Positions 1 through 14,120 of a stretch of 64,000 nucleotides of DNA are shown piece after piece. Each line of letters starts with the position of its first letter. Within the stretch, counting starts at the first letter, position 1. Position numbers and translations under genes: made by a program. Under the pieces are notes generated by a model. It made no database searches and was not told the origin of the DNA. It was given only the letters and a program-made list of their open reading frames with translations. Source of the stretch: Felis catus (lineage: Eukaryota); the NCBI RefSeq assembly GCF_018350175.1, contig NC_058368.1, positions 148,368,001 to 148,432,000 on the forward strand. The letters run 5' to 3'.

Positions 1-1364
1 AGTCAGTGTCTAGGGTACTCCTACCCTGACACATAGCATTCCTACCTCAGCTTACCATAAAATTTGTCCATTTCTAAACTTTCTATGTACCTCTGATATT
101 CTTTGTGCTCCTCTCTCATTTTTAATCTGATTGTGTGTTTTCTTTTTGTGTTTGTGCAAGTTGGTGTATCTTTAGATTTCTCTAACATCCCATGATACCA
201 GAAATGTTTCTAAGACTTCATTATTTCTGGTATCTAATTATGCTGGAACAGGTGTATTCATTCCTCACAGCTCCTAGCTACTCATAAGCCCAGAAGCAGA
301 AGCAATCAATACAACTTAAAAATAATGACATCTATAAAAATCTTTTATCCTAGCAGAAGTACGAATTAGATGGCACTGAGGTGATGTAATTCTATAATCA
401 ACACAAATTATTTTATGTTTTTTTGCTGAGGAAGAGACATGAAGGAGAGGGTAGTAAACTAGGAAAATAAGTGGTAGCACACTTCACAGAGAATAGTACA
501 CACATTGACAATTAGATAACAAAATGGAGCTAGTAAGAGAAAGAAGGAATCGATTTGCTGTGTGTCAGCTTCCCAAATGGATGTGCATTTACAGTCACAA
601 TATGGGTCTTGACTATTTCAATTCCCAGACATCATGCCTATGTCTGGTTTTCCTGGCCCTTAAGTTGCCAAAGCATCAGCTTAGATTTCTGGCTCTTAGA
701 ATCCAATCACTGTTTAGAAACTAAGACTTTTCACTTTGTTTCTAGGTCTGTTATGCATTAATATTTTTTAAAGTACATTTTTTCCTAGCATTTCTATGTT
801 AGACTTAGAGCAGAATCAACTTTGTCTAAAATATATATGTTATGGTTGTAATATACACGTGTATAATTTTCATAACTATTTTAAAATCTGGCAAAATACA
901 ATAAATAATAATCCTAAATTGTCCTCTAATGTGATACATCCAATAACATGCACTAAATTTTTTATAGTTGATTTTATATGTGTATATAAAATCACTTAAA
1001 AATACTCTGTGGTGTTTTAGATCTGTTTCAGTTTATATCTATTATATTTTGCAATAGGTTTCATAATGAATTTTTAAAAAAATCTACACTTTTAAAATCT
1101 ATGTAGGTTGCTGATTGTATATCTAGTTCAGTGTTTTCAAGTTCTTATGGAATTCCTTGGAAACAATCCAGCAAATTTTATTTATCTATTATCCTCTGTG
1201 TTGAAAGCTGAACTAAAGTTCTAAGTTTTCCTGTATTCTAACAATAAGTGCATGATTTTAACTTACACACTTTTATTTGTTTTGCTTTAATGTGTCCCAC
1301 CAATTTTGATTTGAGTTTCTTTTAATTTTTAACTATATGACTATTTCTCTTTTAATTTACATAT

Positions 1365-1555
1365 GTAGGCAATAAAATTTTTCTTTAAAAGGCAAGATAA
1401 AAAAAATATTTTCAGATCTGTGGGCCATATAGTCTTTGTTGCAACTACTCAACCCTTCCATTATAGCATGAAAGCAACCATAAATAATTCATAAAGAAAT
1501 GAGTGCGGCCAGACTTGGCCCACTGTGTGCTGTGGACTACAGTTTGCCAATACCA
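1365..1555. mobile_element. MER58A-like hAT-Charlie DNA transposon fossil
   Basis: Motifs gtgggccatatagtctttgttgcaactactcaac...atagcatgaaagcaaccata and end acagtttgccaatacc resemble MER58A. Confidence 0.75.
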
Positions 1556-1732
1556 CATTTCAATTAAAAAAAAATAAAAAAAAAACTCTTAAATATAATC
1601 AGCCCAGGGAGGTATAGATATACTACTTTTAAACTGTTTGCTACCCTGTAGGACAATACCTTTACATATTTATGTACTGACTATTATTTTCCATTTTTTA
1701 GAGTTATTTTTGAAGTTATTTTTATTTCTTTC

Positions 1733-1765
1733 TTTTTTAAAATTTGTTAACATTTATTCAGTTTT

Positions 1766-1821
<56 letters not shown>

Positions 1822-1986
1822 ATGAGTGGGAGAGGAGCAGAGAGAAAGGGAGACACAGAATCTGAAGCAGGCTCCAGGTTCTGAGCTGTCAGCACAGAGT
1901 CAGACGCAGGGCTTGAACTCAGGAATGTGAGATTATGAACTGAGCCAAAGTAGGATGCTTAACCAACTGAGCCACCCAGGCACCCC
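1733..1986 (-). mobile_element. CanSINE (SINEC_Fc2-like)
   Basis: Reverse-complement head gccacccaggcacccc, (GA)n tract, T-rich tail. Confidence 0.95.
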
Positions 1987-2266
1987 TCAATTATTTTTTC
2001 TTATTCTTTAAGAACTTGTAAGATAATTTTTAGAGAAGGCATTCTGAAAACCTCTATGCCTAAAATTACATTTGCTGTACCTTCACACTAACTGATAGTT
2101 TAACTGGATATGAAATCTAACCTTGATGTTCTTTTCCTTATAAATGTTGAAAACATTATACAATATTCTTCCTATCTGTATTTTGTTCCTGGGAAGTATG
2201 ACGTAAATTTTGTTTTTGCTTATACCTATGTTTCTTTCCACCTGTAGTGAGCAGAAAAACCTCTCC

Positions 2267-2746
2267 TGCACTGGCTAATGGTAACACTCTAATTTCTGGG
2301 GCCTATGAATTTATGTTACATGAGCAAAGGTAATTAAAGTTGTAGATACAGTCAAGGTTGTTAGTCAGCTGACTTTGAGATGGGGAATTATTCTGGATTA
2401 TGTGATTATTCCTAACATAATCGCATAGTCCTTAAAAAATGGAAAAGAAAAGAGAAGAATGGGCCAGAGTGATAAATTGTGTGAAGGGCTCAAACTGTCA
2501 ATGCTGGCAACAAAGATGGAAGAAAGTGAGCCACATGTCAAGGAAGGCAGATGGATTCTAGAAAGGCAAAGAAAAGAATTATCCCTAAGAAGTTCCAGAA
2601 AGAAACACAGCCTTGCCAACACCTTGATTTTAGCACAGCGAGACTTGTATCAGACTTCTGAACTCTAGTACTATTAGGTAATAAACCAGTATTGTTTTAT
2701 GCCACTAACTTTGTAAACTGTTACAACAGCAACAGAAAACTAATAT
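2267..2746 (+). mobile_element. MLT1 (MaLR) solo LTR, MLT1D/E-like
   Basis: gtcagctgactttgagatgggg...attattctggattat, cagccttgccaacaccttgattttagc, terminal acagcaacagaaaactaatata. Confidence 0.85.
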
Positions 2747-3596
2747 ATATCCTCCAATGCTTTAGCAATTTCCCTGTCATTGTTTGAGAATTTTATTATA
2801 ATATTTCTACATGGGTGTTTTCTCTTACATGTCAAATTTGGCAATATATGATCACATTTTATCAATATTTGTGATCATGTGTGCTCTGATACGCAAATAT
2901 AGTGAGAGAAGAGGGTACAGAAATTTATACTGGATTGACCAAATTCTAGACATCTCTTCTTATCCACTCCATCCAAGAGCTGGGCTTTTATTACACTATG
3001 ATATAAATCAGCTTATCACAGGCACACTAGAATGGAGCAGCTGTTTTTCTGTCTTCTCAGTGACTTTCCAATGGTATAATAGGGAGGAGATAAGGGCCCA
3101 GGAAAAGAAAATTATACAATAAAATCATGAGTTTTGCCTATGAAAAGGAGGAAAAATGAGTAAAGCAGGGAGAATAAGTGAGGAAAGAACAGCCCAGGCT
3201 TAAGAAATGGTTGGAGAAGTTCAAGCTTGATGAATAGACTAGAAGAGATGACTTGGATCCCTCTCGTCTTAATCCAAGAACATAACTTTTCCAGTAAGTC
3301 TCATGAATAATTTAATTTACAAAATATAAAATGATATTTTTAGAATTGTCCTTACAGAGGAGTAAAAAAAGAATGCCAGCATAACTTCTAAATGTGTTTA
3401 GAATCAAATTAATGACAAATATATCAATATGCTCATAATCCAAGATAAACCCATCAGTGTTCATGTAGCAATAAATTTTATTTTTGTTACCAATTATTTA
3501 CAAAGAGTTTTAATAAGTCTGTGTGTATTTATAAATTAAAAAATCCCCTTTATTGTTTTTCATTGACTACCTGAACAAACTTGAGATGCCATTCTT

Positions 3597-3821
3597 TTTT
3601 TTTTTTTAATTTTTTTTTCAACGTTTATTTATTTTTGGGACAGAGAGAGACAGAGCATGAACGGGGGAGGGGCAGAGAGAGAGGGAGACACAGAATCGGA
3701 AACAGGCTCTAGGCTCTGAGCCGTCAGCCCAGAGCCTGACGCGGGGCTCGAACTCACGGACCGTGAGATCGTGACCTGGCTGAAGTCGGACGCTTAACCG
3801 ACTGCGCCACCCAGGCGCCCC
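3597..3821 (-). mobile_element. Young SINEC_Fc with 14-bp TSD
   Basis: CpG-rich full-length copy; TSD gagatgccattctt at 3583-3596 and 3822-3835. Confidence 0.98.
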
Positions 3822-4799
3822 GAGATGCCATTCTTAATGTGATGAAATCTCTGGCAGAATGTTTGTGTCACTTGCTGCCATCTCTGGTGCCATATCCCCA
3901 AGTGAAATTGATGATGATCCTCATGAACCTGTCAGCTAGATGTACGTGCAATTTAATTCCTTCAATCCTTTATCAGTAATATCCCATTTACAACACGAGA
4001 CTTGAGATTTAAACAAGCTGACCTTTCAAAATACTGCATGTTTGACTTCAATATTTTTTCACAGCTACAACTGAATTTCATTAGAATGACAAAAATCATA
4101 AAGGTACTGACAATGCACATTAAAATATATAATGGAACAAGCTTATTGTAACAATAGTCCAAACATATTTACCAGTAATATTCTCTTTCCATCCAGTTGT
4201 GCTCTATAGTCAATATATAACAATATATATTATTTAAAACAGTGGACTGCAAATGTGATGAGAAATGGTGCACCCATTTGCAAAAATGATATAAATATCA
4301 CCTAATCTGAAATCAGCAATTGTGGGTTTGTTTTTAAAAGCTAGGCACTTTGCTGGTTCATTTTTTTGTTTAATTTAAGAGCTACATGATGCTGTTATAG
4401 AAACTGGATGACAAACTGTCAGATTTTGAGGAACAGTGATCCTTTGATTATGAAAGAGCTATGGCAATAAACACAAAGAACTGAATAGTCAATGAAACTT
4501 TAGAGCTCTGTTTTTAAAATTGAGGGCTATGACTGGTTAAGAGACATAAAAACAATTTAATAAATGTTATTAATATTTTTTAAATGAGACATACTAGAAA
4601 TGCTAAAATATATGCAATACAGATAATTCTTAATGATATTTTTATTATATGTATATGCTTTCTCTTTCATGTAAAATATATTGTCTACTATAGGTTGCAG
4701 TAAAAGTGAAGTCACAGATTAGACGGGTAACATGTTGTTATTTACATTTAATTATCTCATAAATAGGACTCTGGTACGAACTTGTTGTTATATTTATAA

Positions 4800-4950
4800 T
4801 AATAATCAGTTGTTGAGCTTCTATTATATTTCAAGACCACTGTTCTAGGCTAAATACACACACTTTAGTCTTACTCAATCCTATAGAGTAGATGACATTA
4901 TCTTCTATCAGGAAAAAGTTTAAGCTACTTATCTAAGGCCAAATAGGTTA
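4800..4950 (-). mobile_element. MIR fragment
   Basis: ttgagcttctattat...actgttctaggc...caatcctatagagtagat resembles antisense MIR. Confidence 0.5.
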
Positions 4951-6194
4951 ATCATGGACTCTATGAAATAGGTGCACTATGGGTTTTACATTCAACCTAT
5001 ATTAAGAATTATCTATGATATATGATAAGAAAAATGGAAGAATTAGCTCAGAATATATACTAAGATGGATACAGAAATGTGTTAGAAATATTTTGGCAAA
5101 TGACAGCTCAACTTTAAGCAGACTTTGTGAAAAGGGAATTTTATTACTTTATGTGATCAAGAGGGCAGGATTCTTGCTAGAAACAGTGGAAGTAGGCCTG
5201 ACTTTCTCAAACTCTATTTGCTTCTTTAGGAAGATCTTGATCACTTTCTCTTGTAGATTCTCAGTGTCTTTTGGCTCTATATGACCGCTTCTACCTTTGA
5301 GCAGCAAGGAATTTTGAGCAAGAGCGGTGAGGAAAGGCTAATCTGCCCTCCACTCTTATACTGTATCTGAATGGATGACAGTTTATAATGGGAAAGATTA
5401 CTAACTCTTATGCAAGGGGCATACAGTTGGAGTTGTTTAATAGTATTCTGGGATAATCCATTTTTCCCAATTTCTGTGACTCTTTCTGTATGTTTCTCTT
5501 TTTAGGCAGTTCAAACTTTGGCAGGGAGTGATGAATTCAGCTTTTAGCTTTGGTTAATTACACAACTGGTAGTCCTCAGTAGTTTTGGATGTGGAACTAA
5601 GAATGTTTCTCCTTTAATCAAAGTGTTCTTCTTGGAATATGCTAGATGCTTTTTTAAGAAGAGTAACCTTAACACTTTAAAACTCTGATTTTTTTTTTTT
5701 CTACACAGAATCTGGTTCAGAATCTCAGAAACAGTTAATGTGATCCAAGATTCACAGAGCTAAAATAATTATTTAGCCAACTGATTTGTAACTATGCTAC
5801 AAACTGACAAAAACAATTATATAATGCAAAGTTAAATAAAATATATAATTATAACTTATATGATTATATAGTGCAAAATTAAGTAAAAAAATAAATAGTA
5901 AGCAGGCCTAAAACTGTTCCTAAATTTTTTTAATATATTCATCATATCAAATAGTACTGGATCTCTAGCACTTTGTATTCTAATGACACCTTCCATGAGG
6001 GATTCACTCAAATAAGACCCAAAAACTTCAGAGGCAATACTCTGAAAAGGTATCTGACCATTTGCTTGAAGAGAGTCTAAAAACTAGTGAAGAGTGCAGA
6101 TTTTTCCCAGAGATATTGTATCTAAAAAAACAGTGAAGTCTGTAGATTTTCCCCAAAGATATGATATAATACCCTAGATCCGTTAAATGAACCT

Positions 6195-6544
6195 TCTTAG
6201 CTTGGGCCACCAGAACTCGATACCATAGATTGCATGGCCTACACAACAGAAATATATTTATCACAATTTTGGAGCCAGAACTCCAATATCAAGGTGACAG
6301 CATGGTCAGTTTCTAGTAAATTGTCTCTTCCTGGTTTATTGAACTTTTGGAGTACTCACTTAGCAGCAAGAGAGAACAAGTTCTCCGGTGTCTCTTCTCA
6401 TGAAGATACTATTCCCATCCTGAGGGGCTCCCTCATGACTTCATCTAAACCTAATTATCTCTCAAAGTTCTTATCTCCAAATACCACCACATTGTGAGCT
6501 AGGGCGTCAGCCTGTGGATTTGGGGGATAATTCAGTCTATAGCA
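6195..6544 (-). mobile_element. MLT1A/B/C-like MaLR LTR
   Basis: acaacagaaatatatttatcacaattttggagccagaactccaatatcaaggtg...ctcatgacttcatctaaacctaattatctc...ttcagtctatagca. Confidence 0.85.
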
Positions 6545-6619
6545 GTATCAGTGTCTAATCACTGACTTAGGAGGATATCTGGTTGACTGATGCTGAGTAT
6601 AATAAAGAGAATCTTGGAC

Positions 6620-6715
6620 TCCCCTTGTTAGAGTTATCCCACTACAGGGCCTATCACAATGTCTGACACACAGAGAACACTTAAAATATTGAATTTGTGA
6701 ACACATGAATGAACA
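6620..6715 (+). mobile_element. L2 3' end fragment
   Basis: gcctatcacaatgtctgacacacagagaacacttaaaatattg...atgaatgaa. Confidence 0.6.
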
Positions 6716-6739
6716 CCTCAAACCCAACATGCAGTGGCT

Positions 6740-6955
6740 ATGAATTCATATGCTAATTGAAACTGGACTGCCAAAAACTGAACTTGGCTTTACCATTAAC
6801 TGACAACATAATCATTAGAAAGTTATTGAAGTTCTCTGCTTCAGCTACCACATCTATAAAATGAGAACAATAGTATCTACAAAAGTAAAATTATGTTAAG
6901 GATTAAATGATTTAAAGAGTTCCGAGCACACTCTATATGCTGTACAAGTTTTATC
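6740..6955 (+). mobile_element. MIR
   Basis: Core aagttattgaagttctctgcttcagctaccacatctataaaatgagaacaatagtatctac; followed by (ATT)n to ~7002. Confidence 0.7.
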
Positions 6956-9839
6956 TATTTATTATTATTATTATTATTATTACTATTATTATTATTATTA
7001 TTGAAATTCAGTTCATCTGTCACATTTGAAGTCATTTCCTCTCCTTCAATGTCCATGGTAATTAATGATCATCTACCCAGTTGCTCAAACCTGAAACCTG
7101 CCACATTCCTTTCTCCTGCTCTTTTCATCACTTTTACATATACAAACATTTATTTATTTTTCAGGTTTAAGCTAAGAAACTTTCCTGTTTCCTAACAAAG
7201 AGTTACCTCTTCAGAAATTTCCATATTCTTATATTTAGCACCTCATTTAAAGACAATTTAATGAAAAATACTATAGTTTTATTTGAATTCTTCTTGTTTA
7301 CTTATATATTATTTGTTTTTGGTCTTTAACATAAAAATATAATAAACATAGAATGCTTAGTAAAGATTTGTTGAAGTAATCTAACTAAAAACCAGATTTT
7401 GGAAGAAAAATGAATGTGACATATAAAATCACTTTATATAGCAATATAACATTAGTGTATGTGGGGGTAAGGGGATGGAAAACTTTTCCTACAAAATGAA
7501 TCCTCATAAAAATTGTCACTTGTTTCAGGGGAGTTTGATATGGTTAACGGTCTATTTAGTTTTATGTGTATAATGGCTATAAGGCTCCCTGAAAAATACT
7601 TATCAAATACTGAATTTTTTCAATAGACAGCTCCACAAAGAACTCATCAGCCTCTTTGTCACTTTGACTTCTGGAAGTGGCAAACTGACACTTTCTTTGA
7701 TTTGGTTAGTTGTTTCTCTCAACCACTCCCCAGGAGGTTAATGAGTTCTAAAATGCTCAAGTGGGAAGAAAGAGAAAACCAAGTAGGGAGTAGGAAAAAG
7801 CTTAAAACCAATAGAAGAAAATTGATTTTTGAATGAGTGAATGTAAGCCATATTTAAGAACTATGGCACTATTTTAATCATTTGATACTAGCCCATATAT
7901 TTTATATAATATATAAAATAAATATAAAATATATTAAAAGTTTAGGAGTTCAAGAGGGCTTTTTCTTTAGTTGAATTACTGGTTGTAGAATGGAAATATA
8001 TATTTTATATTTATGTTATGTATTATATATATTTAAGAACTATTGATTATATTTAAAATATAAAACTATATTCTAAACTATTTTATTCATTGAAATAATG
8101 TTTATAAACTATATATAAGAGATAATTTTTTTTATGTAACATAGTAAAAATTGAATATGTTCTATCTCTAACAAATGGATAACAAAGAAAAATTAAGCCT
8201 TGGCTTTCTCATTGGCAAAATGGAATTACAGAACAACCTGAAAGAAAAGAGTGTGAAATTTAAACAAACCAATATCTATAAAGCCTGTGGTATTTCATAC
8301 ATATGTTGTTTTATAACAATTTTGCCTTTAAGGTACTGATAATGATTTTCTAAGCACCAAAATCTTAATTAATTTTGGGAAATGAGTCAATCTATCTCTA
8401 AATTACTAACCCATTGAAATATATATTATATAGTATATATAAATAGGTTATATATAATTAATATATAAAATATAACATGTATAATATATAATAAATATAT
8501 AATCAAACAATATACGATATATAAATATATAATATAATAACATACAAATATAGTATATATTTTATTTTATGTATATATATCATGTATATGTTTTTCAGAT
8601 GTTACTCTTTTACAGAAAGTAACAGAATCTTATTAATTTCAGCAGTTTGTTGTCATTCCAAATCTGCCTTTATTATATGACTTCTAAATTAGATGGGATT
8701 CTTATAATCATTCAGTTGTTTTATACTACATGAGCCATCATGGCTAGTAATTACTCTTGAAGGATTTGGTGCCAGCCAAAATTTTGGTTGCTACGTTAAA
8801 AAAAAAAATACTTGTCTTGAATGCCTGAATAGTTTGTATCAGCAAAATATTTTGGTAAAAGTTGTCTAAATTCTTCCTTTCCTTTAGTTGTTCTATCTTC
8901 TTGTTTTTTTTTTTTCCCAATTGAAACTAATTCTGTTGAGAATGCTCCAGGTAGAATGCCAATGTTTATGAAATGTGTATTCAAACCCTGTAGTCATAGG
9001 TAAATTGCAGTTCTCACATATTGATGCTTGGCTGGTAGATGCCTTCTTTTTAGAAAATACTTTACTCAAGGGATGACTATAATAAAGAAGTCAATGACCT
9101 GTAAATCGTAACTAAAATGCTCAACCTGGTCTTGTTGATAAATATTTTTCATTGCAGTCTACAATTCTGTTTAGGCAAAGACTTTAACTTTTGTTATTGT
9201 TATTCTTGTTAAGAGTTTGATAGGACCTTTTAAAAAGGTGAACACACAGCACAGAAGGCTTAAGCATTTTTATTTCTTATTCAATAAACACAGAAGTCAA
9301 CCACTAAAACAAAAGGAGTAAGGGACAGGGATACACAGGAGGGGGAAAAATAAAAAACCTCCAGCTAAAATCTTTTTATGCTAATTAATTTTATTAATTA
9401 GATAATGATCAATGGACACATTGGGATGGGTATAGATGGAAATAATACAAATCAAATTTCTTCAGTCTGCTTGTGCATTGTTTTCTTATTTTCCACATTA
9501 AACTATGATTGACTCTTCTTACCTTTTAGATAACTTAGTTGCCATCCAAACACCATGGTCTGGGAAATCATCACTCATCAAAATGTGAGCAGAATTCTTC
9601 TCAGTGTTCAGAGATTTATAAAATCAGCACCCATTTTTCTAATAATCAACATACGTACTCTATCTGTGGGCTATGCCTTTTTACAGACAACAGAAAATAA
9701 CAAAAATTGTCAATTTAATTTTAGTGGCATTAACGTTATCATTGAAATAATAATTATTGTTTCCTTTTTTTGCTCTTTTTAATTTCTTGGAGCCTTACAA
9801 AAAAACAGCATAAACAACATATTAAAGTAAGTGAGATTA

Positions 9840-10040
9840 GGGGCTCCTGGGTGGCTCAGTTGCTTAAGTATTGGATTCTTGATTTTTGGCTCAGGCTGTG
9901 ATCTCATGGTTTGTGTGATCCAGCACCACTTTGGGTTCCGCACTGGCAACATGGAGCCTACTTGGGATTCTCTCTCTCTGCTCCTCCCCTGCTTATGATC
10001 TTTCTCTCACTCAAAATAAATAAATAAGTATTAAAAAATA
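9840..10040 (+). mobile_element. CanSINE
   Basis: ggggctcctgggtggctcag head, CT tract, aaaataaataaa tail. Confidence 0.93.
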
Positions 10041-10056
10041 AAGTTACAATGTAAGG

Positions 10057-10268
10057 GAGAGGTTCCTGAGTGACTCACTCAGTTGAGTGTCCCGGCTCAG
10101 CTCAAGTCATGATCTTATAATTTGTGGGTTCAAGTCCAGAGTCGGCTCTGCGCTGTGACTGCAGAGCCTGCTCAGTATTCTTGCTCTCTCCTCCCGCTTC
10201 TCTCTCTCTCTGACCCTCCCCGCTCGCACTTTCTCTCTCAAAATAAATAAATAAACTTAAAAAAAAAA
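10057..10268 (+). mobile_element. CanSINE (tandem, diverged)
   Basis: ctcagctcaagtcatgatc, CT tract, A tail. Confidence 0.9.
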
Positions 10269-11224
10269 GTAAGATTAAATTGAGACTCTAAGCTTCATTA
10301 AACAAATGGTAATCTGTCCAGCCATGAAAGGTATCTTAATTGATGCCTAATTGATTTGAAAAGAGAACATTTACAGAACTTACAACATTTCTTCTCATGT
10401 AGTCTGTTTCTACCTTTGTCATGAATAATCCAAAATAATAGGTATTTCAAGGGTAATTTATGCTTGAGATAGGAACATCTTAAGAATTCACTTTTGTGTC
10501 AAATCTTCCTTTCCTGGCAGCTTTCTAATTTAATTTTCATAAAAAACAAAATTAAAAGCTGTAAATACAGTCTTAAAACATCCTGGGGCATAGTAATGTA
10601 ACTATGAGTAGGGAAAAATTTGGAAAAAAGGGAATGTTTGTTTTTAACATGTTCTTTTCCTCTATTCCAACTGATTTTTCTCCCTCTTTCCTCCTCTCAT
10701 CATATTTTATTAAAACATAACTGAGTGCTATCAGATCACATAGGTCATCTATTCATATCACTCAGTAAGACCCCTCTATCCTACAAAAATTCCCTGGGAG
10801 CCTGATGTCTACTACCAGATATGATTCCCTATTTTCTGCTGATATGTTTATAGTTGTTATTGTGTTAACACATAGTGTAGTATTACCTTTCTTATTTTAT
10901 TTGATATTAATTGACAAAGTTTTTGTTTGAAATTTTTGAATGCTTATATATACACATGTTACAGAATTCAAAAGACATACAGTAGTAAAAAGTAAAAGAT
11001 AAGATTTTCCCCTTTTCCTTTTCCCCAACCATGCAGTTGTTATATTTATTTCTGGAAATATGACAGAATTGCTTTAAAGTTTCCAAAAATAGTCATATAA
11101 TTCTCTATGGATTCTACAGCACTGATTAACATGTACAAGAAATATGTGGGCCAGATTCATTTCCACACCCTTAGTTTTTTAAAGTTGTTGATAAACAGCA
11201 TCATCTTGTCCTCATTATTTCTTT

Positions 11225-12052
11225 TTATTTTATTTCATTTTTATTTACTTTTTTTTAGTTTTAAGATTTTTATTTAAATTCCAGTTAGTTACCATACAGT
11301 GTAATATTAGTTTCAGGTGTAGAATTTAGTGATTCATCATTTATATACAACATCAGTTCTCATCACAAAAAGTGCCCTCCTTAATATGCATCACCCCTTT
11401 AACCCATCCCCTCCCCTCCCCTCCAGTTAGCTCACACCAGTCAGAATGGCTAAAATTAACAACACAAGAAACAAAATGTTGGTGAGGTTTCAGAGAAAGA
11501 GGAACCCTCTTACACTGTTAGTTGAAATGCAAACTGGTGCAGCCACTCTAGAAAACAATATGGAGCTTCCTCAAAAACTTAAAAATAGAACTATCCTATG
11601 ATCCAATGATTACATTACTAGGTATTTACCCAAAGGACACAAAAAATACTGATATATATATATATATATAGATAGATAGATAGAGAGATAGATATAGATA
11701 TAGATAGATATAGATAGATATAGATATAGATAGATATAGATTTATATAGATATAGATATATATAGATATATAGGTATATATAGATATATAGATATATATG
11801 TAAATATATATATATATATATATAGAGAGAGAGGTTGTATATATATATATATGTATATATATATAAAGCACGGAATATTACTGAGACATAGAAAAGAATG
11901 AAACTTGCTATTTGCAATGATGCAGATGGAACTAGAGAGTATTATGCTAAGGGAAATAAGTCAGTCCAAAAAAGACCAATACTATATGATTTCACTCATA
12001 TGTGGAATTTAAGAAACAAAACAAATGAACATCTGGTGGGGGAAAGAGAAAA
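11225..12052 (-). mobile_element. Carnivore L1 3' end with inverted internal segment
   Basis: Minus-strand 3'UTR at 11260-11425 abuts plus-strand ORF2 end/early 3'UTR at 11430-12050 (ctcacaccagtcagaatggctaaaattaac...). Confidence 0.85.
11651..11864. repeat. Compound (TA)n/(GATA)n/(TAGATA)n microsatellite inside L1
   Basis: Read directly. Confidence 0.95.
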
Positions 12053-13446
12053 GTAGTATTACCCATTTTAGATATCCCTTATCACAAAGAAGGGTAATTG
12101 TAGGAATTTTTGTCTGGAAAGTGAATCTGCAGTACAGAGATCTGGGACAGATTGAGAGGATGCTCCTAATTCCGTGTACTTATATTGAGATGTGTTTTGG
12201 TTTGGGATGACAAAGAAAAGCCCATCTATGAAAATGACAGGTGGCACAGGTTATCTGGAAATTCTGAATAGTAGAGTACAAAGTTAAAAATTTAGGAGTT
12301 CAAGTGCGCTTTTCCTTTAATTGAATGATTGACGGCAGAAATAAAAATGTATGTTCAAACTCTAAAACCAATCCGCACTGCTTCTTTAAACCAAACCAAA
12401 GAATCAACCAAAGAATGTGTTTTCAGGGATTTTTCTCCTAAAAGACCATGAAGTAGAAAACTGGAATTGAACTAATTTCAACATTAATTTTAAAAGTAAT
12501 GGGACAGGATTGAGCTTATTCTGATTACTTAAAAATGCTAATAATAACATAATGCCCCTCTTTGGAACTATCTTACCAAACCAATACCCATAGTGACAGA
12601 TGAAAGAAAGGACAACACAAATTAATGAAGAGTTGGGAGAATTAACTCTTAGGGGAACACCTATTGCATTGTTGAAGATGATGTAATTCATCTTGCAAAT
12701 TCATATGACAGGAAAAAAAAAGAAATAAGAAGAGAATAAGATTTTACTCACAAATACTGAATAATTCATTCAAACATAAACATATTATTGAATAAAGCAG
12801 CAATATGTGTATTAATTCAGATTTGACATAAGCTGCCACATTTTTAACATTGCATTTGGCTTTTCCTAAGTATTCTAGACTGTCTGTAACAGTGAATTTA
12901 CTATGAAAGAATGAAAGATATTTCTGGTTCAGAACACATCTCATTACCCACATGCTGTTCTTCTTATGTGTTTAACCTGTTAATCAAAATACCACCTGGT
13001 ATATATCATTTGGCTATTAGGAAACATAATTGTTTATGTCTTAGAGTTAAAAAGGCTTTGTATTTGAATCAACTGAGGGCACATGCACATATCAGAATAA
13101 ATAGAAATATCCTATTTTACAATATTTATTTGTAAGACTCTACCATACAACCTACCTTGTTTTAGGGTCTTATTGTAATGTACTTACATATAAATAATAG
13201 TATATTGAGACAACTTTTGTTGGGTCATCGTGTTCTCTTATTTCTTACGGTTTTTCAAGTATTAAAAAATGCTTTTATAGTTGCAGTAAAGCTAAAGGGA
13301 AATACACTAGTTTTACACATTGACATTTAGATCAAAATAACAATTAAAATGTCACTGAAAAGATACTATTGATTAAAGTCACACCATTTTGCAAAATAAT
13401 TAGTGGCAAGAATACTACAATTTCTGGTTAAAGACAAATTATAATT

Positions 13447-13663
13447 GGGGCACCTGGGTGACTCAGTTGGTTAAGCATCTGACTTCAGCTCAGGTCATGA
13501 TCTCATGATCTCACTGTTCATGAGTTCAAGTCCTTCATCAGGCTCTCCACTGACAGTGTGGGGTCTGCTTCAGATCCTCTCCCCATACCCCTCTTTATGC
13601 CCTTCCCCTGCTCGTGTTCTCTCTCTCTCTCTCAAAAATAAATGAACATTAAAAAAAAGTTTT
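13447..13663 (+). mobile_element. CanSINE with TSD
   Basis: TSD aaagacaaattataa at 13430-13444 and 13664-13678. Confidence 0.96.
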
Positions 13664-14040
13664 AAAGACAAATTATAACTGTTGGTTTTCTCACATATTA
13701 AATACAAATTCACTTTTATTTTTCCCAACTATAAATGGAAAGAAAATAAAATGCTACACTACATTCCACAAAAAAACTCTTTAATGTTACATCCGAGATC
13801 TAACAGATTTCTAAAATGCACTTATTCATAAGTAAACTTTAAACAACTTGAAAGTGCATGCATGATTTCCAACACCAATTCTTGTACTATTGTATAAAGA
13901 AGTTGCCTCACACTAACTTTGTTAGAGGGATATATTGTTTTTTTTATTTTACATGGGATTTGATACAGAACCTAAAACTACATATAATTTAATGAAATAG
14001 ACTATTACCAGAAATAACTAAAAGGTTATGTTTGGTGTTT

Positions 14041-14120
14041 TAGATATAGATATAATTATAGATGTAGATGTAGATTTAGATATAGATATAGATGATATAA
14101 ATATAGATATATAGATGTAT
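14041..14120. repeat. (TAGATA/TAGATG)n degenerate hexamer repeat
   Basis: Read directly. Confidence 0.85.

Noticed and set aside
11618..11917. Tyr/Ile-rich ORFs
   Set aside because: Translation of the TA/GATA microsatellite
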